From Auanema rhodensis (lineage: Eukaryota > Animalia > Nematoda): a stretch of 64,000 bases of DNA. Both the position numbers and the translations under genes were made by a program. This document shows, in pieces, positions 25,301-35,393 of this stretch. The stretch is from the NCBI GenBank assembly GCA_964057225.1, contig OZ059895.1, forward strand, positions 17,298,001 to 17,362,000. The letters run 5' to 3'. Numbering within the stretch: position 1 is the first letter of the stretch; every line of letters starts with the position of its first letter. Under the pieces are notes generated by a model. It ran no database searches. It worked only from the letters and a program-made list of their open reading frames with translations, and had not been told where the DNA came from.

Positions 25301-28300
25301 CGATTGAAATATTTTACTTCAATACGGAGCAGTATTGTTAAAAGTGACAAAGTGATTATTATCGACAAATGAAAACAACTTATCAAGCCTCATTGGCTCA
25401 GGGGCAGAGCGTCTGTCTAGTAAACATTCCAGCTTGAGGCATCTTTTTAGACTTTCTCAAACTATTTTTAGGATTTATTCGTGCTTCTCGAAGCTTTTAC
25501 TTCAGGTTACATCTTCTCTTATTCATTCGATTGAAATATTTTACTTCAATACGGAGCAGTATTGTTAAAAGTGACAAAGTGATTATTATCGACAAATGAA
25601 AACAACTTATCAAGCCTCATTGGCTCAGGGGCAGAGCGTCTGTCTAGTCGATTCCAGCATGAGGCATCGTTTTAGACTTTCTCAAACTATTTTTAGGATT
25701 TATTCGTGCTTCTCGAAGCTTTTACTTCAGGTTACATCTTCTCTTATTCATTCGATTGAAATATTTTACTTCAATACGGAGCAGTATTGTTAAAAGTGAC
25801 AAAGTGATTATTATCGACAAATGAAAACAACTTATCAAGCCTCATTGGCTCAGTGGCAGAGCGTCTGTCTAGTAAACATTCCAGCTTGAGGCATCTTTTT
25901 AGACTTTCTCAAACTATTTTTAGGATTTATTCGTGCTTCTCGAAGCTTTTACTTCAGGTTACATCTTCTCTTATTCATTCGATTGAAATATTTTACTTCA
26001 ATACGGAGCAGTATTGTTAAAAGTGACTAAGAGATTATTATCGACAATTGAAAATAACTTATCAAGCCTCATTGGCTCAGGGGCAGAGCGTCTGTCTAGT
26101 AAACATTCCAGCTTGAGGCATCTTTTTAGACTTTCTCAAACTATTTTTAGGATTTATTCGTGCTTCTCGAAGCTTTTACTTCAGGTTACATCTTCTCTTA
26201 TTCATTCGAATGAAATGTTTCAATTGAATATGTACACGCATTGTTGAAAGTGACTAAGAGATTATCATCGAGAAATGAAAACAATTTATCAAGCCTCATT
26301 GGCTCAGGGGCAGAGCGTCTGTCTAGTAAACAGAAGGTCGCTGGTTCGATTCCAGCATGAGGCATCGTTTTAGACTTTTTCAAACTATTTTTAGGATTCA
26401 TTCGTGCTTCTCGAAGCTTTTACTTCTGGTTACATCTTCTCTTATTCATTCGAATGAAATATTTTACTTCAATACGGAGCAGTATTGTTGAAAGTGACTA
26501 AGAGATTATTATCGACAAATGAAAACAACTTATCAAGCCTCATTGGCTCAGGGGCAGAGCGTCTGTCTAGTCGATTCCAGCATGAGGCATCGTTTTAGAC
26601 TTTTTCAAACTATTTTGAGGATTAATTCGTGCTTCTTGAAGCTTTTACTTCAGGTTACATCTTCTCTTATTCATTCGAATGAAATATTTTACTTCAATAC
26701 GGAGCAGTATTGTTGAAAGTGACTAAGAGATTATTATCGACAAATGAAAACAACTTATCAAGCCTCTTTGGCTCAGGGGCAGAGCGTCTGTCTAGTAAAC
26801 AGAAGGTCGCTGGTTCGATTCCAGCATGAGGCATCGTTTTAGACTTTTTCAAACTATTTTGAGGATTAATTCGTGCTTCTTGAAGCTTTTACTTCAGGTT
26901 ACATCTTCTCTTATTCATTCAAATGAAATGTTTCAATTGAATATGTACACGCATTGTTGAAAGTGACTAAGAGATTATTATCGACAAATGAAAATAACTT
27001 ATCAAGCCTCATTGGCTCAGGGGCAGAGCGTCTGTCTAGTAAACATTCCAGCTTGAGGCATCTTTTTAGACTTTCTCAAACTATTTTGAGGATTAATTCG
27101 TGCTTCTTGAAGCTTTTACTTCAGGATACATCTTCTCTTATTCATTCGAATGAAATATTTTACTTCAATACGGAGCAGTATTGTTAAAAGTGACTAAGAG
27201 ATTATTATCGACAAATGAAAACAACTTATCAAGCCTCATTGGCTCAGGGGCAGAGCGTCTGTCTAGTAAACAGAAGGTCGCTGGTTCGATTCCAGCATGA
27301 GGCATCGTTTTAGACTTTTTCAAACTATTTTGAGGATTAATTCGTGCTTCTTGAAGCTTTTACTTCAGGTTACATCTTCTCTTATTCATTCAAATGAAAT
27401 GTTTCAATTGAATATGTACACGCATTGTTGAAAGTGACTAAGAGATTATTATCGACAAATGAAAATAACTTATCAAGCCTCATTGGCTCAGGGGCAGAGC
27501 GTCTGTCTAGTAAACATTCCAGCTTGAGGCATCTTTTTAGACTTTCTCAAACTATTTTTAGGATTTATTCGTGCTTCTCGAAGCTTTTACTTCAGGTTAC
27601 ATCTTCTCTTATTCATTCGATTGAAATATTTTACTTCAATACGGAGCAGTATTGTTAAAAGTGACAAAGTGATTATTATCGACAAATGAAAACAACTTAT
27701 CAAGCCTCATTGGCTCAGGGGCAGAGCGTCTGTCTAATCGATTCCAGCATGAGGCATCGTTTTAGACTTTCTCAAACTATTTTAAGGTTTAATTCGTGCT
27801 TCTTGAAGCTTTTACTTCAGGTTACATCTTCTCTTATTCATTCGAATGAAATATTTTACTTCAATACGGAGCAGTATTGTTGAAAGTGACTAAGAGATTA
27901 TTATCGACAAATGAAAACAACTTATCAAGCCTCATTGGCTCAGGGGCAGAGCGTCTGTCTAGTAAACATTCCAGCATGAGGCATCTTTTTAGACTTTCTC
28001 AAACTATTTTGAGGATTAATTCGTGCTTCTTGAAGCTTTTACTTCAGGTTACATCTTCTCTTATTCATTCGAATGAAATATTTAACTTCAATACGGAGCA
28101 GTATTGTTGAAAGTGACTAAGAGATTATTATCGACAAATGAAAACAACTTATCAAGCCTCATTGGCTCAGGGGCAGAGCGTTTGTCTAGTCGATTCCAGC
28201 ATGAGGTATCGTTTTAGACTTTCTCAAACTATTTTGAGGATAAATTCGTACTTCTTGAAACTTTTGCTTCAGGTTACATCTTCTCTTATTCATTCGAATG

Positions 28301-28303
28301 AAA
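7343..28303 (+). repeat. tRNA-Thr(AGT)-based tandem array, segment 2
   Basis: Same unit, resuming in register after insertion 1; contains multi-unit duplications with periods such as 1203, 2805, 3556 and 6047 bp. Confidence 0.98.
7422..7493 (+). tRNA. tRNA-Thr(AGT), full-length copy with C2T change, 79 bp downstream of insertion 1
   Basis: GTCTCATTGG...ATGAGGCA; B box intact; U2:G71 wobble. Confidence 0.88.
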
Positions 28304-28565
28304 TGTGGCGTTATACCGCAAGTGTATAGTATGGTTGGAAATAAAACACGAAGCGAATATGTAGAAAAGGGTTTATTGATGAATTAACAAGACAAGCACG
28401 GAATAGAATCACTGACTGCGAACGTTTAAAATGTAAGACTCTCCTCCGTTGTTGGGCGGTCGTCTGAAATAAACTGTTACTTATGCCACATGTTAACACA
28501 TATGTTATGCATATGTGTTTTGATCTAATTACAAAGGAAGGAGATAAAGAGAGATAGAGATAGAT

Positions 28566-28614
<49 letters not shown>

Positions 28615-28700
28615 TAGAGAGATAGAGATAGAGAGAGGTATATATATATAGAGAGAGAGATAGAGATAACAAAAACAAAACCTACTCGCTTATCGCGACA
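28304..28700 (-). repeat. 3' LTR of element 2 (397 bp)
   Basis: As above; AATAAA on the minus strand at 28372-28377; preceded on the minus strand by GCCGGGAG. Confidence 0.96.
28541..28667. repeat. Compound (GA)n/(GATA)/(TA)n microsatellite inside the LTR (also at ~35324-35446)
   Basis: Directly visible; length differs between the two LTRs. Confidence 0.95.
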
Positions 28701-28708
28701 CTCCCGGC
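28701..28708 (-). other. Short PPT-like plus-strand primer site
   Basis: Minus strand GCCGGGAG abutting the 3' LTR TGT. Confidence 0.55.
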
Positions 28709-28722
28709 AAGAGTGTAAAGAC

Positions 28723-29217
28723 CTACATGGGTCTTTTACGTTTGGTCTCCCCACATACAACTCCATGGTGGGTCTCTGCTTTGCATCTATAACAAGATAC
28801 CTCGCATGTGTCCGGATGTTTCGGGTTCAAGCATCTGATACATAGTCCCAATTCATGTAGACGTAGAGTCCGCTCTGGAGACGAGGGATATATTGGGCAA
28901 GCTGCGGTTCGGTGACCATCAGCGGTCGGTTTGCTGCAAAAGATGCAGGAGGCCTTAGGCGCGGTTTGGACGGCTAGGTTGTCCAGTTTCAAATTCAGAG
29001 AGTGGTTAATGTTGTCCAGCCTCTCGGATAGGTGGTTCACAGCGCTGGCCAGGTTGTCATAGAACCTTTTTTCAAGGACCATTAGCTGTCTCAGGCTTGC
29101 AGTAGTATTGGGTAGATGCGAATACTTTTTGAGATCTTCCTCGAAGGAAGTGTTCTCAACTAAGTTAGACGTTATATCCTCCATTACTACTGAGTTGAGG
29201 CAAACTTGTTTTGCCAC
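28723..29217 (-). CDS. 3' accessory ORF: coiled-coil + three CCHC knuckles + basic tail
   Basis: Heptad-like LASAVNHLSERLDNINHSLNLKLDNL; CIFCSKPTADGHRTAAC, CIRCLNPKHPDTC, CYRCKAETHHGVVC; ends KRKRPM. Start codon uncertain (GTG or the downstream ATG). Confidence 0.8.
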   Translation of the reverse strand: MAKQVCLNSVVMEDITSNLVENTSFEEDLKKYSHLPNTTASLRQLMVLEKRFYDNLASAVNHLSERLDNINHSLNLKLDNLAVQTAPKASCIFCSKPTADGHRTAACPIYPSSPERTLRLHELGLCIRCLNPKHPDTCEVSCYRCKAETHHGVVCGETKRKRPM

Positions 29218-29499
29218 CTTATATACTGGTTGACGTCTGGTCTATGATATGTGTCTATTACGTCATTCAGAGATTAATATGATATCCTTCTGTTTTTGAT
29301 ATTATCCATTAAACGTCTGTTAACGAGTTATTATGTAATTCAATACTACAGATTAGATATCTTAAGTAAAACTAGCAGATTCGTGTTACTTTATTATTTC
29401 AGAAATTAATCCCTTCTCTTCTCTCCTTGGTTTATTTTATTTATGTGAATTTTAGTTTATACTTTGCTTTTGTTTATTCTACCTTTTATATCTTCTTTA

Positions 29500-30020
29500 T
29501 TAAAATCTCTGATCTCGAAGTGAGGCTGTGAAATTTCTGTATATTGCAATCATCCTTTTGGCCATCCATTGTATGGCTAATACTGTATTTAACAATACAA
29601 AGTATATCATTGGCGTGCATGCTACATATCCTATAGTAGCGGTAATGACAATGCCTGTCAGTATAATTCCCAACTTTGATAGGATTAGTTTGAAGATTGG
29701 AGCAAAGTCAATGGATTTGGATTCTGTACCCTCTTTTGAGTCACTTTCGTTTATTTCATCTATGCTTGCTATGTGGTGTAATGTTCCCTTAATAATGATC
29801 TCAATTTTTTTATTGTCGCATGTGGTATAGCAGAATTCATCAATTTGAGAATTTTCTCTTTTGATTGTTACTTCCGTGATTGCTACTTTTGGAGAACATT
29901 TTATCATAAATACTTCTCTTTGACATTCGATAGAAATCCATGTTTCTTCTGCCGTAAGGCATTGGAACTCTGCGAACGCACCCTGCCCGCAGGAGTAGCA
30001 ACCTGATAGTTTTGTGAGGG
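29500..30020 (-). CDS. C-terminal part of the phlebovirus Gc-like Env (after the frameshift) with TM anchor
   Basis: The shifted frame reads ALTKLSGCYSCGQGAFAEFQCLTAEETWISIECQREVF and runs into ORF 29500-29907 (MIKC...LGIILTGIVITATIGYVAC). GCYSCxxGA is the conserved motif of the phlebovirus G2 C-terminal domain. Confidence 0.8.
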
Positions 30021-33000
30021 CAGGTCAGAGCACAAGGCAGATTGTTGGAAAAAATGACTGAGTTTAAGAATAGAGATGAATCGACCGTAACAAAACTTTC
30101 GTCTAAATTTGTAGAGAATGATAACGTGTTATCTTTAGTTTTGAAGTTTCGGTTAGGAGATCTCATGTCTGATGTATTGGACATTTTTTCAAAAGTAGGG
30201 GTATCACACCTACATTTTATTTCATCAAATCTGTTAAATGTGCATGGGCAAAATGAGGATACTGTACAATTGTTGAAATGTTTTAATGCGGCTTCCTCTG
30301 TTGCACATTGAACTATTCCCTTTGTATGTATATCCGTAATGTACGTGTTTTCTTTCGAGGAAAAAAATAATTTTGTGTACATTTCTGGAGGAGGTTGTGA
30401 TTGTGATAACGTTGTTATATTGAAAAGTTGTTCACGATTTTTTGTGTAAGGTTGTAGAGTGATATTGTAATTGTTTTTCTGCTGGAGTAGTGTTGTTTCT
30501 ATATTGAATACAGTTTGGGTGAACCAACTATCACAAGTATAGACTTCGTATACTTCTTCTGTGATGGGTATATGCTCTATTTTGTAGAAAAGACATGGAT
30601 CTGTCCAAATCATAGGACATGTGTAAAATCTCGCCGACGATGTAAAACAACCGGATTGTGAAGGAAAGGTGTATGGTTGTAGTTCTTTGATTTTATTATA
30701 AAGCGAGTTAGTTTCACATGTTCCGTTACAGGAGCCTCGGTGACGGCATCGTAATATACTCAGTATGTTAACTGTTGTCTGTCTAGTGAAGTATCTAATA
30801 TTCTTTCGGCAGACATGTTCAGTATATAATTTCGTTATTTTGAATTGACCGATTTCATGATTAGAGTGTATTATGTTGATACATAACTGTTTTGTTCCGG
30901 GAGAGAATATTATATCTTGACTGTATTCGTGATAACAGACTAGGTTTTCATCGCATCTTATGTTAACGAAATGTTGAACATGGACATCGGAGCAAGAGCT
31001 GCAGCTTCCAATACAGAAAGCCAAGATGATTGCCAGTAACGATGGTAAAGATGATTGCGACCCTCTAGTAAAAAGAGAGAATTTTGGTGGCCTTCTTGTA
31101 TGGTTTAAAATAGGGTAAATATGCTTTTGAGAGGTTTCATGATCCACAATATTAACGTCTTGTGTGTTCGTTTGTTTTAATTGCAACGTATCATTGTGAT
31201 TTTCTGTTATTTTTTGATCAGTTTCATGATCTTCTTGTACGGAGATTGTTTTGTGTTTTGATTTCATGGTGTTGAGCATAATTTGAGTGTTTCTGGACCA
31301 TGTCTTATATCTATATTGGCTGTAACCCATGCGGCATAGACAAGAGACTATGAGGGTAACGGCCATAATGGTTATTATCACTGTCCATGTTGCCATTTCT
31401 GGGGAGCAATGAGGATTCGCTATAAGTTTTGTGGTGAACATGTTAGAGTCCTTGCAACTATTGATTTCTTCGGCATATGTCGAAGTTATTATAATCGGTA
31501 AGGAAAGCGCTTTCATTATGTCAGCTGCTACTTTTGGGTTTATTTTATTTTTTCTTTGGTGTGTAGCATAGGACATTTTTAGTGGGAAGGCTTTTATAAT
31601 TTCCTTCTCAGTGACATCATCTTGTTCTGTATGTTTTGCTGTTTTTACTGATGATTGTTTTGTCTTATTTTGAGGTCGATCATTTGTTGCATCCTCATTA
31701 TTCTCTGTTTCTGGAGTGTATGTATTATCATGTTGAGAGTTATCTGATTCATATGCAATATCGTAATTATGGCTAACATCATTTATGTCTTTATTCTCAT
31801 GTATTGTTTCATCTGTATGTTCTATAGGATGATCGAAAAGTATATTGTCTAATACAATATCAGTATGTGGGGTTCTATCTGTTGAGCTATTATTTTCTTG
31901 AACTATGTGTGAGTTGTCTTCTATGATTTTGTTGCTGTTAGTGTTGCATCTTATCTCTAGTGGATAGAGCTGATTGATGGATCGAATAATTATGTTTCCG
32001 TTGCTTGTTGCAACTTTTGCTGAACGTATGTTGCCATCTGAACTAGTGATTGTTTCAATGATGCGACCTAGTTTCCATGTTCCTCGTGGCAACATGTCGT
32101 TTTGTATCAATACTATTTCATCTGGTTGGGGGAAGATGTTTGTATGATTCTTTCTATGGTGTTTATGCTTAAATATATCTTTTAAGCTTGTTAGATATTC
32201 TTCTTGAAATTGTTTCCAAAATTTAGATGCTGAGTCTTCTGATAATTGAAGCGCTTCTAGCGCTTGCTCTGTTGATTGAATCGTTTGAATATCGCTATGG
32301 ATATCAAATATATGAGTATCCGCGTTGTTTTCAGGTAATGAAAACTTTATGGCTGATGTTAAAAAGTCAATTGGCCTTATGGGTAGAGTATCTAAATTAT
32401 CTGGGTGTGGATGGGTGAGTGGGCGTGTATTAATTATAGCTTCTATTTTTACAATGGCTGTGTGTAAGTCATCCAGGGACATTCGACTAGGAATGAAACA
32501 TTTTTTGAGTGAAGCTTTGGTTACACCTACTAAACGTTCCCAACATCCACCTTTCCAGGGTGATAATGGAGTGTTGTATATCCATTTAATTTTTTGTTGT
32601 GCTAGTGTGTTTAGTAAGCTTCTTTCGTTGTAATCCGATGTTTTTTCAAGGGTTTCTAATATTTTTGAGCTCAATATAAAGTTTCCTGCGCAGTCACTAC
32701 GCATAATTTCTGGAGTACCTCTGCGTGATATAAATCTAGTGAATGCATTCATAAAAGCAACTGTGGATTGATTGGTGACTACCTCTAAGTGAATTGCTCT
32801 AGTTGTCATGCATGTAAACAGACAGATATGGACTTTAGACCCATTTCGAAGGGTGAAGGGGCCCATAAGATCACACCCTGTTGAAAAGAATGCTCTTGTA
32901 AGAATCGTTCTATCTTTTGGTAGCGATGGCATATCTGGTAATTCATAAGGGTGTGATTGAAATCTTTTACATGTCACACAGTTTTTCAATGTTTGCTTAA

Positions 33001-34528
33001 TGACTCCGGTTATTTTTGGTATATAGAACTTTTGTCTGAGTTGAAGAAGCGTGAAATGTTTGCCTTGATGATTATTGTCTTTGTGTATTTTGTTGATCAG
33101 TTTTTTAACTATGGGGTTTGTTTTAAGAAGGAATATAGGGTTTTTCGTCTCTTCGGGAAGAAGAGTATTTTGTAAACGGCTTCTTACGCGATAAATATCC
33201 CATGTATCTTTGAAGAATTTTAGATTTATATGTCTTTGCTGTAAGTCATCAAGGCTCATATTAGATTGACTGTTACTGATCAAAATTTTTTCAATAATGT
33301 TGATGTCTTCAACAGTGTGCGTGTCTGTTGATGTGAGATGTTTTATTTTTTGCAACTTGTTGGCGTCGTTAGGATGGACTGTGAAAAACCATTTCTTGAA
33401 TAATTTCCCTACGGTTGTCATTGTTTTGATCACGTCATCATAGTTTTCACGAATGTTCCAAATATCATGGGTTGGAGGATTGTCTATGATTATGTGGACA
33501 ACATTGTGATGCTCCGATTTTAATTCTGCGTGTATGAATTTTAAGTCTTCATTAGATAGTTTAGGACACCGTATAGGTGTGGTTAACATGGGTTTTGTGA
33601 ACAGTTTTGTTACGATAAGGGATCCAGTTGAGGTTCCAATAATTACCTTAACATCTTCAACTTCATGTGTTTCTGATAATGCTCCAATGCCGTAAAAGGT
33701 TCTCTTCTGAGAACCAAGAATGGGCAGTCCTAATCTTGTAGATAGGTCCTTGGATATAAAAGATCTCATGGATCCTTCATCTATGAGCATGCGTACTTGC
33801 TCATATTTTTTACTATTGTGGTTGTATATGTTCGCCATTGCTGTTCGTAATATTACTTGACTTTCTTCAATATTATGTGTGTCAGCAATGTGATTAAGCG
33901 ATACTGGTGCTTTTTTTTTTTTTTCATTAAGTGCCTCAGTAGGGATTCGATTATTAGTGTCAGATTCTTGTTTATATTCTGTTGTTTTTTTATTCAATAA
34001 TTCTTCTGTGGTGATCAGTAAAGCCTGATCTTTTTTAATTGTGGGAGTTTCTTTATCTTTTTGGATATTTTGTACATTTTTTCTTCCTTGTGAGCACAAG
34101 GCGGAATTATGATCTCCTTGGCAATTGCGACATTTTTGTTTTCTGCATTCCGAACTTTTGTGTTTATCGGAAAAGCAAATCCAACAGATGGCCTTTCCGC
34201 GAATGCGGTACCTTCTTTTCTCTGGTGTTTCAAATGTGGTGCATTGATAAAAACGATGCTCGGATGAGTCGCAAAAGACACATGGCCAAGTTTGGGTTTT
34301 CCGTTGTTCTACGGAGTTTTCTTTATGTGCTACAGATGTGACATTCTCTTTGTGATTTCGAAACTTTTGTTCATGACTATTTCTTGTTTGTTCTCTTAGA
34401 ATAAACGAATAGATTTTGTGGTCTACAGCTGCCAGCATTTCTTTAGTAGAATGGTAGTTGTTTGGATGAATTAAAATGTCTTCCACGATGTGGTATGGGA
34501 ATTTGTTGAGAATCATCGCGGTACACAT
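29840..34528 (-). CDS. Gag(C-term)-protease-integrase-Env polyprotein lacking RT/RNase H; frameshift near 30020
   Basis: Gag knuckles CVFC..H..C, CWIC..H..C, CRNC..H..C; protease LIDEGSMRSFIS; integrase HKDNNHQG..CVTC, GCDLMGP, RSDCAG, PWKGGCWERLV; DUF5641-like region; TM WTVIITIMAVTLIVSCLC; signal-like LLAIILAFCIGSCSSC; Cys-rich Gc-like ectodomain. No YVDN/YxDD motif. Confidence 0.92.
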   Translation of the reverse strand: MCTAMILNKFPYHIVEDILIHPNNYHSTKEMLAAVDHKIYSFILREQTRNSHEQKFRNHKENVTSVAHKENSVEQRKTQTWPCVFCDSSEHRFYQCTTFETPEKRRYRIRGKAICWICFSDKHKSSECRKQKCRNCQGDHNSALCSQGRKNVQNIQKDKETPTIKKDQALLITTEELLNKKTTEYKQESDTNNRIPTEALNEKKKKAPVSLNHIADTHNIEESQVILRTAMANIYNHNSKKYEQVRMLIDEGSMRSFISKDLSTRLGLPILGSQKRTFYGIGALSETHEVEDVKVIIGTSTGSLIVTKLFTKPMLTTPIRCPKLSNEDLKFIHAELKSEHHNVVHIIIDNPPTHDIWNIRENYDDVIKTMTTVGKLFKKWFFTVHPNDANKLQKIKHLTSTDTHTVEDINIIEKILISNSQSNMSLDDLQQRHINLKFFKDTWDIYRVRSRLQNTLLPEETKNPIFLLKTNPIVKKLINKIHKDNNHQGKHFTLLQLRQKFYIPKITGVIKQTLKNCVTCKRFQSHPYELPDMPSLPKDRTILTRAFFSTGCDLMGPFTLRNGSKVHICLFTCMTTRAIHLEVVTNQSTVAFMNAFTRFISRRGTPEIMRSDCAGNFILSSKILETLEKTSDYNERSLLNTLAQQKIKWIYNTPLSPWKGGCWERLVGVTKASLKKCFIPSRMSLDDLHTAIVKIEAIINTRPLTHPHPDNLDTLPIRPIDFLTSAIKFSLPENNADTHIFDIHSDIQTIQSTEQALEALQLSEDSASKFWKQFQEEYLTSLKDIFKHKHHRKNHTNIFPQPDEIVLIQNDMLPRGTWKLGRIIETITSSDGNIRSAKVATSNGNIIIRSINQLYPLEIRCNTNSNKIIEDNSHIVQENNSSTDRTPHTDIVLDNILFDHPIEHTDETIHENKDINDVSHNYDIAYESDNSQHDNTYTPETENNEDATNDRPQNKTKQSSVKTAKHTEQDDVTEKEIIKAFPLKMSYATHQRKNKINPKVAADIMKALSLPIIITSTYAEEINSCKDSNMFTTKLIANPHCSPEMATWTVIITIMAVTLIVSCLCRMGYSQYRYKTWSRNTQIMLNTMKSKHKTISVQEDHETDQKITENHNDTLQLKQTNTQDVNIVDHETSQKHIYPILNHTRRPPKFSLFTRGSQSSLPSLLAIILAFCIGSCSSCSDVHVQHFVNIRCDENLVCYHEYSQDIIFSPGTKQLCINIIHSNHEIGQFKITKLYTEHVCRKNIRYFTRQTTVNILSILRCRHRGSCNGTCETNSLYNKIKELQPYTFPSQSGCFTSSARFYTCPMIWTDPCLFYKIEHIPITEEVYEVYTCDSWFTQTVFNIETTLLQQKNNYNITLQPYTKNREQLFNITTLSQSQPPPEMYTKLFFSSKENTYITDIHTKGIVQCATEEAALKHFNNCTVSSFCPCTFNRFDEIKCRCDTPTFEKMSNTSDMRSPNRNFKTKDNTLSFSTNLDESFVTVDSSLFLNSVIFSNNLPCALTCPHKTIRLLLLRAGCVRRVPMPYGRRNMDFYRMSKRSIYDKMFSKSSNHGSNNQKRKFSN

Positions 34529-34797
34529 TTCGCGGGATACTGTAGCTCCAGCGTTTTGTCTGATGCTTCGTAAAATTTTTGGAATTTTTTCTCGTTATCT
34601 TGATGATTTTTCAACGATTCTTTGAATTGGTGTTGGACTTTTGTCCAGCGAATGATGAGGCAAGAGAGGGTTTCCTCTTCTTCCTCAGTGTGGAAGTCGC
34701 AATCTACCAGAATACCAGGAAGGTCCTTCACTTCCATCTCGTATCGTGTAAGTAATTCTCCGAGAAACTGGTTAAAATTTTTAGATATGATTGACAA
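34513..34797 (-). pseudogene. Probable N-terminal Gag fragment, out of frame with the main ORF
   Basis: Helical 94-aa ORF between the PBS and the main ORF, overlapping it in another frame; no recognisable Pao capsid (DUF1759-like) region between the two. Confidence 0.5.
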
Positions 34798-35071
34798 AAA
34801 GGAGTGACATTTTTGTCGTAGATGTAGGAATAATGCTTATATTCCTTTTACTTTCTCTTTTTTTTGTTTGTTTGGTGATCACAGTATATGTGATAGTGAA
34901 TCTCTGTTTCTGTCTGCAGAGTTTGCTTATGGTTCAAGTCTTTTTGGTGTGACTTGACGTGGACTAATGGTTGCCACGATTTCTATTAAGTATGTTTTTT
35001 GCTCAAACACGCTTGGTTTGAGCTGTATCTCACCTGCCACGCGGGACTTGAAGCGGCTAAGATCTGAACTA

Positions 35072-35083
35072 GCCGATGCACCA
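35072..35083 (-). other. Primer-binding site, tRNA-Gly(GCC) type
   Basis: Minus strand TGGTGCATCGGC, 3 nt inside the 5' LTR; complementary to ...CGATGCA-CCA of tRNA-Gly(GCC). Confidence 0.82.
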
Positions 35084-35086
35084 ATT

Positions 35087-35342
35087 TGTGGCGTTATACC
35101 GCAAGTGTATAGTATGGTTGGAAATAAAACACAAAGCGAATATGTAGAAAAGGGTTTATTGATGAATTAACAAGACAAGCACGGAATAGAATCACTGACT
35201 GCGAACGTTAAAAATGTAAGACTGTCCTCCGTTGTTGGGCGGTCGTCTGAAATAAACTGTTACTTATGCCACATGTTAACACATATGTTATGCATATGTG
35301 TTTTGATCTAATTACAAAGGAAGGAGATAAAGAGAGATAGAT

Positions 35343-35393
<51 letters not shown>

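Noticed and set aside
28311-28766. 151-aa ORF with SLSLSL repeats
   Set aside because: It is a translation of the LTR (CT)n microsatellite.
34513-34600. Programmed -1 frameshift joining the gag fragment to the main ORF
   Set aside because: There is no in-frame X XXY YYZ heptamer, BEL/Pao gag-pol is normally one ORF, and a deletion explains the missing capsid region better.
35072-35083. Elements primed by the array's tRNA-Thr
   Set aside because: That would need TGGTGCCTCAT; the observed PBSs are TGGTGCATCGG (Gly) and TGGCTCCCCGG (Asp).
4793-35170. Antisense or overlapping ORFs within the two elements (e.g. 4793-5110, 5327-5608, 6566-6925, 32325-32633, 34039-34341)
   Set aside because: They are shadow frames of the real retroelement ORFs with no recognisable motifs.
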